25,055 nt of DNA from Candidatus Nanohalarchaeota archaeon (GTDB lineage Archaea; Nanohalarchaeota; Nanosalinia; Nanosalinales; JAFCCC01), in assembly GCA_017610385.1 (NCBI GenBank), contig JAFCCC010000009.1, forward strand, positions 1 through 25,055. The letters are read 5' to 3'. A program made the translations under genes and the position numbers. Shown piece by piece: positions 15,625 through 24,200 of the stretch (position 1 is its first letter; each line of letters opens with the position of its first letter). Under the pieces are notes generated by a model. That model searched no databases. It worked only from the letters and a program-made list of their open reading frames with translations, and was not told the DNA's origin.

Positions 15625-17274
15625 ATGAATTTTTTAATCAGGAAGAAGAAAACTGAAAAAGAGAAAAAAATAAAGAAGAGTTTGCTTTATGGCCTATTAG
15701 ACGTTAGAATTAAAGAAAGGGAACCACATTTTGAAATTGAAACTAAAAAAGAAATTGTTGTTATTCCTACATTTGATAAATTACAGGAGATAGATATACG
15801 ATATAAGTTAATGGCGCCTTTTGCTAAAGCGCATATTAAGTGGAATTCTAAGAAAAAAGAGGTAATTTATACTGTAGAGGAACCAAAACTGACTCAAACT
15901 GAGAAAAAGATTTTTTTAAAAATACGAACTGGTCTAGAAGAAACATTGGAAACTTCTTTGAGTTCTTTGGAAACAAAAGAACAGATAATTGGTTATTTGG
16001 AAAACCGAATTTTGGCGATTCTAGAGGAGCTTGGACTAAAAGTAAATGAAAAAGAATACAAAAGAATAATGTATTATGTATACCGAGACTTTGTTGGTCT
16101 AAATGAAATAGAACCAATAATGAATGACCCATATATTGAAGATCTTGGCTGTTCAGGAGTTAATATTCCTCTTTTTGTTGTTCATTCTAAATTTGGCAGT
16201 ATCAAAACAAACATAAATTTTAAGGATGAGAACAAATTACGGGATCGTGTAGTTAAATTAGCTGAGCGTTGTGGAAAATATATTAGTTATGCGGAACCGC
16301 TTTTAGATGGTTCTTTACCAGACGGATCACGAGTAAATGCAACGTTTACAAGAGATATAACGTCAAATGGACCAACATTTTCAATAAGAAAATTTAATTC
16401 AATTCCTTTTTCAGCTATAGATCTTTTGGATCTTAAAACAGTTGATTTGGATATTTTGGTATATTTGTGGTTCGCAATGGAATACAGAAAATCTATGTTA
16501 ATTACTGGTGGAACTGCTACAGGGAAAACTTCTTTCTTGAATGTGGTTGTTTCTTTCATTCCTCCTGAAGATAAAATCGTTTCTATAGAAGACACTCGGG
16601 AATTAAAATTGCCTCATCAAAATTGGATTCCTTCTGTTGCAAGACCAAGTTACGGTTTTGAAGAACATGGAGAGATTACAATGTTTAAGTTATTAAAAGA
16701 AAGCTTTAGGCAAAATCCCGATTATGTAGTCGTAGGAGAGGTAAGAGGGACAGAAGCGTCTGTTTTATTCCAAGGAATGGCCAGCGGACACTGCTGTTTA
16801 GGAACTATACACGCATCGTCTCCTAATGCAGTTATTAAACGACTTATTACTCCTCCAATTAATTTATCTCCCGCACTAGTTGAAACTTTAGATATTATCG
16901 TAGTTATGACGCAGGCCAAAGAATTAGGAAAAAGTGCGAGAAGAATTGAATCAATTCATGAAATAGAAGCAGTTACATCGAATCAGAATGTAATAACTAA
17001 TCAGATTTTTTCGTGGACCCCAATAGATGATTCAATTGATTTTAAAGGAATAGAAAATAGCAGAATTTTGGACAAGATTAAGAAGCAGTACGGAATCGGT
17101 CAAAGTCAGCTAAAAAAAGAGATTAATATCCGAAAAGAAATTTTAAAGAAGATGAGAAAAGAAAATATTAGAAGTTTTGAGGATGTTTCTCAAATGATCT
17201 CTAATTATTATAAAGACAAGGCCAAAGTCCTGTCTGATTTGAAAATTAATAAAACAGAGCCGTATTCAGAGTAA
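15625..17274 (+). CDS. Type II/IV secretion / type IV pilus assembly ATPase (TadA/FlaI/VirB11 family)
   Basis: DPYIED, LPDGSRV, FSIRKF, Walker A GGTATGKT, Asp box SIEDTREL, RQNPDYVVVGEVRG, His box GH...TIHA. ATG 15625 avoids overlap with the divergent gene. Confidence 0.95.
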   Translation: MNFLIRKKKTEKEKKIKKSLLYGLLDVRIKEREPHFEIETKKEIVVIPTFDKLQEIDIRYKLMAPFAKAHIKWNSKKKEVIYTVEEPKLTQTEKKIFLKIRTGLEETLETSLSSLETKEQIIGYLENRILAILEELGLKVNEKEYKRIMYYVYRDFVGLNEIEPIMNDPYIEDLGCSGVNIPLFVVHSKFGSIKTNINFKDENKLRDRVVKLAERCGKYISYAEPLLDGSLPDGSRVNATFTRDITSNGPTFSIRKFNSIPFSAIDLLDLKTVDLDILVYLWFAMEYRKSMLITGGTATGKTSFLNVVVSFIPPEDKIVSIEDTRELKLPHQNWIPSVARPSYGFEEHGEITMFKLLKESFRQNPDYVVVGEVRGTEASVLFQGMASGHCCLGTIHASSPNAVIKRLITPPINLSPALVETLDIIVVMTQAKELGKSARRIESIHEIEAVTSNQNVITNQIFSWTPIDDSIDFKGIENSRILDKIKKQYGIGQSQLKKEINIRKEILKKMRKENIRSFEDVSQMISNYYKDKAKVLSDLKINKTEPYSE

Positions 17275-17961
17275 ATCTATTCCTTCTCCAAAAATATCAA
17301 AGGGAATCCAGTCCAGAGGATGCTTTGTTTGTGACATCTTGATAATTTTTAAAAACCGCTTGCCGTCTTCCTCTTTTAATTTAATGCATCCGTCTGAAAC
17401 AAAATTTAGCATGTTAATTGTTTTTTTATCATGAACTCCCTCTTCTATAGTCATTACTAAGCAAGAATCCGATGCTTTGCTTTTAGCGCTGACTGTTTGC
17501 AAAAATCTGGCAACAGAATCCGCATCAGTATACAATATCATAGAAGAAATTGAATCTATAACAATTCTTTTTTTGACAGGTCCTAAGAAAACTAAGGCAT
17601 CAGATAAAGTTATATTCATTTGATTTAAATCAGTTAAACCAGTTACAGCGAACTTTGATTTTTCTTCATTTGTTCTCCAAGAATACGCATCTAAGAAAAT
17701 TAATCGTTTATTTTCATTTGCTTTAAAATTATGAGAAAATTCAATTGCCATTTCTTTTATTTCTCTAGGAGAATGATCTGTTGTAATGTATAAAACAGTT
17801 TCTTTTTCTTGAAGTCCTTTATCTACAAATTGATTAATAAAAATTGTTTTACACGTTCCTGGGGCACCAACTAACAAAATAGTTGAGTTTTTTGGAAATC
17901 CGCCCTGAAGTAATTTATCTAGTTTGTCGATTCCAGTTTTTATTCTCTTTATTTCCAGCAT
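17266..17961 (-). CDS. KaiC/RAD55-family ATPase with divergent active-site motifs
   Basis: RIKTGIDKLD, GAPGTCKT, TTDHS, RIVIDS, FVSDG, KM; minus-strand GAGGT RBS just upstream. Confidence 0.9.
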   Translation of the reverse strand: MLEIKRIKTGIDKLDKLLQGGFPKNSTILLVGAPGTCKTIFINQFVDKGLQEKETVLYITTDHSPREIKEMAIEFSHNFKANENKRLIFLDAYSWRTNEEKSKFAVTGLTDLNQMNITLSDALVFLGPVKKRIVIDSISSMILYTDADSVARFLQTVSAKSKASDSCLVMTIEEGVHDKKTINMLNFVSDGCIKLKEEDGKRFLKIIKMSQTKHPLDWIPFDIFGEGIDLL

Positions 17962-17989
17962 ATTTACCTCTTTATATTATAATCGATAA

Positions 17990-18145
17990 TCTATGTTATA
18001 TTTTGCAGTAGGGTCTAGGTTAGATTGTGTGTTCTAATCTATATTATATTCTATATTCTAATTTACGTTATATTCTATATTATAGTCTGTATCATATTCT
18101 AAATTATGATCTGTACTTTGATTTATGTTATAATATATAGTAAAA
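17990..18145. repeat. In-phase degenerate 12-bp tandem array, about 13 units, consensus TCTATRTTATAW
   Basis: Units every 12 nt from 17990: TCTATGTTATAT, TTTGCAGTAGGG, TCTAGGTTAGAT, TGTGTGTTCTAA, TCTATATTATAT, TCTATATTCTAA, TTTACGTTATAT, TCTATATTATAG, TCTGTATCATAT, TCTAAATTATGA, TCTGTACTTTGA, TTTATGTTATAA, TATATAGTAAAA. Confidence 0.8.
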
Positions 18146-18208
18146 CTACCATATAACAAAAATAACATATTTATTTTTCCGTTTATAAAGTAAATAAGTT
18201 GAGATATA

Positions 18209-18922
18209 ATGAAAAATATTCCCCGCGTTAAAACAGGAATAAAAGGATTAGATGAATTAATGGGTGGTGGAATACCAGAAAAAAGCACTATTTTACTTGC
18301 AGGTGGTGCTGGTTGTGGAAAAACAACATTTGCACTGGAATTTTTGTATAAAGGCGCTAAAGAATTTGGAGAGAATGGTCTTTTTATTTCTTTTGAGGAG
18401 AGTGTAACCGAATTAAAAAGAAACCTGCCATTTAACTGGGATTTAGATGCATTAATAGAAAACAAAAAACTGCTTATTGTTCGATATGACCCATATCAAT
18501 ATGAGGACATACTAGATTTAATTCGTTCAAATGTGAAAGAAACAAATGCAAAAAGAGTAGTAATTGACTCGATTACTGCTTTAAATTTGTATGTAGAAAA
18601 CGTGAAAGATGTGCGAAAATTAATTATGGATATTAATGAGCAACTAGGAAAGCTTGAATGTACTTCTTTATTCACTGGCGAGATTAAAAATGATGTACCA
18701 CAGCAGATTAGTAGGTTTGGTGTAGAAGAATTTATTGCAGACGGGATAATCTTACTTTTATTAAATCCGCGCGGTTCTGAATTAACCAATGCTATTTTAA
18801 TTAGAAAATTGAGGGGGGCTCTTCATGATAAAAAAATGCATCCTTTCAAAATCGGCGAAGATGGCATAATTGTGTATTCCAAAGAAGAAGCGTTATCAGA
18901 ATCAAAAGTACACTCATTTTAA
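18209..18922 (+). CDS. KaiC/RAD55-family single-domain RecA-fold ATPase (COG0467)
   Basis: RVKTGIKGLD, GGAGCGKT, SFEES, RVVIDS, SRFGVEEFIADG, RKLRG. Confidence 0.93.
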   Translation: MKNIPRVKTGIKGLDELMGGGIPEKSTILLAGGAGCGKTTFALEFLYKGAKEFGENGLFISFEESVTELKRNLPFNWDLDALIENKKLLIVRYDPYQYEDILDLIRSNVKETNAKRVVIDSITALNLYVENVKDVRKLIMDINEQLGKLECTSLFTGEIKNDVPQQISRFGVEEFIADGIILLLLNPRGSELTNAILIRKLRGALHDKKMHPFKIGEDGIIVYSKEEALSESKVHSF

Positions 18923-18940
18923 ATTAAAAACATAAACTTT

Positions 18941-19918
18941 ATGATTGAAAACTCCGAATTAGTCTTTATGATTAAAAAATCTCCTAAAAAGAAGACAAAT
19001 CCTTTTAAAAAATCAAAAAAGGAGAAATTTAAGATTTTTTGGGGAAGAAAAGGTTATGTGGGTTTATCAAATTCTTTATTTGGGGAGTTTGTGGATAAAC
19101 ATCCGAATCTATTTTCTTCATTAAAGCAGGATTTAATGAAGGGTAATTTTCATACGCTTTCAAGAACCTATTTTTGTGAATTATTATTGACGCCTCTGTT
19201 AGTATATTTGGTTTCTTTTTTGCTATTTTTAGTTATTTTCATACTTTCTAAACTACCAATTATGTTCAGAGGCGTTTTATTAATAATGGGACCCTTTGCT
19301 TTAGCATTGTTTAGTTTTACCATATTTTTCTTGTATCCATCAATAAGAGTTAAAGCAAGAAAAGCAAGCATAGAAACAAATCTTCCTTTTGCATTAAATC
19401 ATATGTCTGCGGTTACTGGGTCTGGTATACCTCCTTCTGCGTTATTTACACTTTTAACAAATTTTCAAGAATATGGCGAACTTTCTGCAGAAGCTAGTAG
19501 AATTTTAAAAAGAATTAAAATCTTTGGTGAGGACTTGGTAACTGCTTTGAAAACAGTTGCAAAAAAGACACCTTCTGAGGCGTTTATGGAAGTTCTATAT
19601 GGAATTATATCCACATTAGAGAGCGGTGGCTCTTTGAAAAAGTATTTACAAGAAAAATCTAAAACTGCACTTTTTGATTATAAAATTAGACGTAAAAAAC
19701 ATATTCAGAATTTATCAGTTTATGCGAGTGTTTATACTGCAATTTTGGTGGCTGCACCATTGTTTTTAATAGCAGTATTATCTGTTTTAAATTTGATGGG
19801 TGGAAATCTTCTTGGTTTTGAAATTGAAAAAATCATGTATGGTGGAGTTTATTTTTTAATTCCACTGATAAATCTAATATTTTTGATATTTTTATCAACA
19901 GTTCAAAAGGAGATGTAA
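18941..19918 (+). CDS. TadC/FlaJ-like (T2SS F family) membrane platform protein
   Basis: Two TM helices, then YP...IETNLPFALNHM..GIPP, YGELSAE, GEDLVTAL...TPS, ESGGSL, then C-terminal TM helices. Start may be 18968. Confidence 0.9.
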   Translation: MIENSELVFMIKKSPKKKTNPFKKSKKEKFKIFWGRKGYVGLSNSLFGEFVDKHPNLFSSLKQDLMKGNFHTLSRTYFCELLLTPLLVYLVSFLLFLVIFILSKLPIMFRGVLLIMGPFALALFSFTIFFLYPSIRVKARKASIETNLPFALNHMSAVTGSGIPPSALFTLLTNFQEYGELSAEASRILKRIKIFGEDLVTALKTVAKKTPSEAFMEVLYGIISTLESGGSLKKYLQEKSKTALFDYKIRRKKHIQNLSVYASVYTAILVAAPLFLIAVLSVLNLMGGNLLGFEIEKIMYGGVYFLIPLINLIFLIFLSTVQKEM

Positions 19919-19924
19919 TTGATT

Positions 19925-21100
19925 ATGGAATTCATAAAACATCATAAAATTTTGTTGGCATTCTTTGTAGTTTTTGCAATAATGGGAATGACTCTGATTA
20001 TTTTCAATACCTGGCAATATAATGTCCGAGTGAATACTGTTGAAATTACATATGGAGATCAAACTAAAACTGTGCTTTTAATGAATCAAAAAAATTCAGC
20101 GAATATTAAATTTATTACTCAGAATCCAAACAAAATAGATCATTTGATAATTGAAATGCAATGTAGAGAAACTAATGCAACTTTAGTTTCTATGGAATTA
20201 AATGGCGTTTTAATTCGCGAAATACAAAATCCTGTCGCAAACCAAGTAGATTCAATAACACTGGAAAAAGGTCTTGTTTTGTTAAATAACGAGCTTGTTC
20301 TAAATTCAAATGGTCGCGTTACTCTGCAATATCTTAGAATTAAACAATATTATTATGCGCGGAAAGTTTCATATCTTCTCTTGAATTTATTAGGGGCATT
20401 AATCATGGTTGGTCCAATTTTCCTTTGGAGATATTTTGAGTTTCTAAAAAAAGAAGCTTATGAAGATAGATTTCCAGACTTTTTGAGAGATGTTGTTGGC
20501 GGTTTAAAGGCGGGTATGTCCCTAACTCAAGCGGTTACAGCAACTAAAAAAATGGATTATGGCAAACTAACACCACACATTAAAAAAATCATTGCTAAGT
20601 TGGATTGGGGACTTTCATTTGAAAAAGCTTTAGAAGGCTTTGCAGAGAAAAGTGGCTCTAAAACAATAAAAAGATCAATTCGTGCAATTATTCAAACATA
20701 CAATTCTGGAGGAAAGATTTCTAATGTACTAAATTCAATTGGAGAAAATTTAAAGGAATTAAGAAAATTAAAAAAAGAACGCCAAACAGAACTTTATGGA
20801 GAAGTTTTGACTGGTTATATTGTTTATTTCGCGTTTATTATTGTACTAATTGGATTAATGAGATATTTGGTACCAACATTAAATCTTTCAGGAGATGTTT
20901 TCTCACTGCAGCCAGGAGGAGGAACAGCTAAATCATTTATTAGTCTATATCGTGTAATGTTCCGTAATTTAATAGTTATTCAATCTATTTTTTCAGGCTT
21001 GGTCATTGGCAAATTAAGTGAAGGCAAATTGACTGCCGGATTTAAACACATGGCCATTTTGTTAATTTTAGGCTATACTGCCGCGGTTCTTTTAATCTAA
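19925..21100 (+). CDS. TadB/TadC-like (T2SS F family) membrane protein with an extra N-terminal extracellular domain
   Basis: EDRFPDFLRD...AGMSL, DYGKL, WGLSFEKAL, SGGKI, GLVIGKLSEG...GFKH. The ATG at 19925 is preceded by GGAG. Confidence 0.9.
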   Translation: MEFIKHHKILLAFFVVFAIMGMTLIIFNTWQYNVRVNTVEITYGDQTKTVLLMNQKNSANIKFITQNPNKIDHLIIEMQCRETNATLVSMELNGVLIREIQNPVANQVDSITLEKGLVLLNNELVLNSNGRVTLQYLRIKQYYYARKVSYLLLNLLGALIMVGPIFLWRYFEFLKKEAYEDRFPDFLRDVVGGLKAGMSLTQAVTATKKMDYGKLTPHIKKIIAKLDWGLSFEKALEGFAEKSGSKTIKRSIRAIIQTYNSGGKISNVLNSIGENLKELRKLKKERQTELYGEVLTGYIVYFAFIIVLIGLMRYLVPTLNLSGDVFSLQPGGGTAKSFISLYRVMFRNLIVIQSIFSGLVIGKLSEGKLTAGFKHMAILLILGYTAAVLLI

Positions 21101-21204
21101 GGTGCGTTGTCCAGAAATAAAAAAGAAATTGAGCATTTACTTACTTTTATATTCCAGCCACTCCAAATAATTTAAAGTAAGTTAATCGCCTGTCGTGAGT
21201 GCCT

Positions 21205-24200
21205 ATGAGAAAGGGATGTATTTTGAAAGAAGTAAGAGTAGTTTTCCTACTTTTCTCTATATTTTTGTTTATCTCTTTATTTTCGCAAAACGTTTTTTCT
21301 TCGTCCTATGACTGGTGGAATGGTTCCTGGAACTATAGAATGGACGTAAATGTGTCAACTTCTACGTATTCCCGAGAAAATTCACCGGTAGAATTATATG
21401 TCAATTTTACAAATGAATTAAGTTCTTTAACCTCAGAAATGTTTGATAATAATTCTGTGAGGGTAGTGGAATATAATGCGACAGGTAGTGTTCTTTATGA
21501 GATTGCTAGTCAATTTGATGAATTGGAAAACTACAATTCTGAGAACGCTGTTGGAACAGTAATTTGGTTATTAAATGGAACAACGGCCGCTAGTGAAACA
21601 AGATACTTTCAAATATATTTTGACACTACCAGCGATTCTAAAACAGAAGCAGATTACAATAGTTTTATTAATTATTCATGGAGTGGGGAAGAAGTTTCTG
21701 TGAATAATTCTGTATTGGAATTAAAAATTGATACAGATAAAAATGATGTTTCTGGGTTGTATTACGCGAAAAGAAGTTCAAAAGAAATCTTTAATGGTGT
21801 GTCCGATACCTATCCAATAGAGTATAGTTCTTACTCAAATGGCTCAAAACTAACATACAATCTAAAAAATAATGCAACAGTTATTTCAGGACCAATCAGA
21901 TTAACAATCACTCAATCAGGAGATGAAATATTATTTGGTGATGCTTCAATCACGACAGGCGAAGCAAACATAACAAAAAAATATTATATATACAAAGACA
22001 ATCCGTGGATTAAAATTAAACATACGCTTACAAACAAAGACGCTAGTTCAATTGAAAGGTATAACGCAGACGTTTGGCCATTAACGATAGATGCTGAGCG
22101 CGGATTTGGAATAGACTTTATGACGTCTCCACAAGAAGACCCATACTCGTGGAGTTCTGTTTATACAACAGCAGGGGAATTGGGATTGGGAGTAATAAAT
22201 CTAAATGAAAGCGGAACAAGTAATTTTCAAGCATATGGTTCAGTAACTTTAGGTTTTGTAGGTATTAGATTAAGCGATTCAACAGTCATTCCTTCTGGAG
22301 ATTCCCTAACAGAAAGTGCGGCGATATTATTTAATAATGAATCAAGTCATACTCCTGTGGAAAATTTAAAAAATAGATTTCAAACACCCTTAACAATAAC
22401 TAAATCAAATTGTGAAACATACACTGCAACTTCAGAAACACTTACACCTTATGAAATCTATAATTTGAATGATAATCTGAATATTCGAGTGAATATTACG
22501 CAAGATACACAAAATTTAGTTAGGTATGTAACTTCTATCTTAGATTTAGGCACAATTAGTGAGTTAGATGATGTATCAGTAATTTTATATGATGATGGCA
22601 CACATGGGGATGTAAGCAATGGGGATTCGATTTATACAAATGAATATTCATTTTTAGAAACTGGTGCTGTAGGTTCTTGGACTATAACCTCTAACGTATA
22701 CGATGGTACGTATTTTCTTTTAAATCAAACTCAAAAAAGTATTGAGCTTTCTAATCAATATTATAGTAATTTGTCAATTGTTAATCCTGCAGGACAAATA
22801 GAACGAACAATTTATGGAAATATTTCAGTAAGCAATTGTAGAAACGACACAGGAATAACTTCTGTGACAGTTAATTGTTCTTATAATGGAACGCAAGTAA
22901 CACAGTATTCTGATACAGGACTTGGAAATTACACCTTAAATTTCACAGCACCATCTACTCCTGGAACATATGAATTAAGTTGTATTATGAGCAAATATAA
23001 CAATTCTGGAACTGATTCTCAATTATTTACTGTTGATAATCCAACTACAAATTTAGAACTTGTATTAACTCCCAATAGTACGATTGTTGAAAATATTACT
23101 CAGAGATACGCACAAAATTTTACAATTAATGTTAGTATAAATAATCCAGGACAAAGTACAGCATATTACTCGAATCTTACACTAAGCTTGCCAGAAAATT
23201 GGACTGCTTATCCTTCGTATTATTATTGTGGGAATATTACCCAAAGCGGTTCTTGTGATCACTCTTTTAATATTACCGTAGCGAAAGCGTATGTTCCTAA
23301 TAATTATATGGTTACTGCTGAAATCAGCTGGATTAATTTAAATACGTCAATAAATTCAACTCAAGATAGCTCAACAATTGAAATAGAAAACACTCCTGTT
23401 TTAGAGGTATCTGAAACGTCAATTAGCGGAATTGTTCCAGAAGGAAGCAGTGCGTTATTAGACAATTTTACAATTAATTCTACAGGAAATGGTAATTTAT
23501 CTACAATAAATTTTACATGCCAAGCTGGAACCGCTTGTGACAATTTGACAATTATTTTTTCTCCAACTTCTTTAATTGGTTTGGAACTATCCAATACGTA
23601 TGAAATTGAGATTAATATTACAGTTCCAGAAGGATTGGATACCGGCAATTATTCAGGCATAATAAATGTTTCTTCTAGTAATGGTGGTTCAGATATATTT
23701 AGTGTGAATATCTCTGTTCCAGAAAGTGATGCATGGTCAATATCCTCTCAAACATGTTCTATTAATGCCTTATCTGATTTCATCGGTTCTGTTTGTAATT
23801 TAACTCTTTCAAATTTAGGTAATACTCAGGTAAATCTAACATTGAGTCCCGAAGAAGGCAACTATACAAAATTAAATGAAACTTCTATTGTAATAAATGC
23901 ACAATCTTCTGCGGTTTTAGAAGTTAGTTATAATTCTACAAACGCGGGTGTGGGCACGTATAATTCAACTTATACAATAAATTCTACAGGCACGCCAACT
24001 CAAAGAACATTAAATGTGTCTTTAAGCATTGTAGTAGGACCAACTATAACTTCTTTAATTGAATTGGAAAATCAGCAGGGAGATTCAGTAAACTTATTAG
24101 CAAATTTGCAGGACTTATCTTTACAAGGCATTAGTACAGTTAATGCAACAATTGTACAACCCAATGGAACTATACAATATGTTAACTTAACAAACATAAC

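Noticed and set aside
17990-18145. CRISPR array
   Set aside because: The units are 12 bp, degenerate and contiguous, with no spacers and no cas genes.
18058-18465. 135-aa minus-strand ORF with a Y/N/D-periodic tail
   Set aside because: It is mostly antisense to the kaiC-like gene, and the tail merely reads through the 12-bp array, which continues past its stop codon.
13060-18922. Circadian clock (kaiABC) or RadA/RadB recombinases
   Set aside because: The proteins are single-domain, there is no KaiA or KaiB, and their motifs fit COG0467 rather than RadA or RadB.
15625-21100. Archaellum operon (flaH/I/J)
   Set aside because: No archaellin, FlaF or FlaG is present, and two separate single-domain TadC-like genes fit a pilus system better.
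4410-23648. Remaining short antisense or alternate-frame ORFs inside long genes (e.g. 5157, 6844, 7308, 8308, 9286, 11075, 12119, 16287, 23361)
   Set aside because: They are fully nested in well-supported CDSs and have no recognisable motifs.
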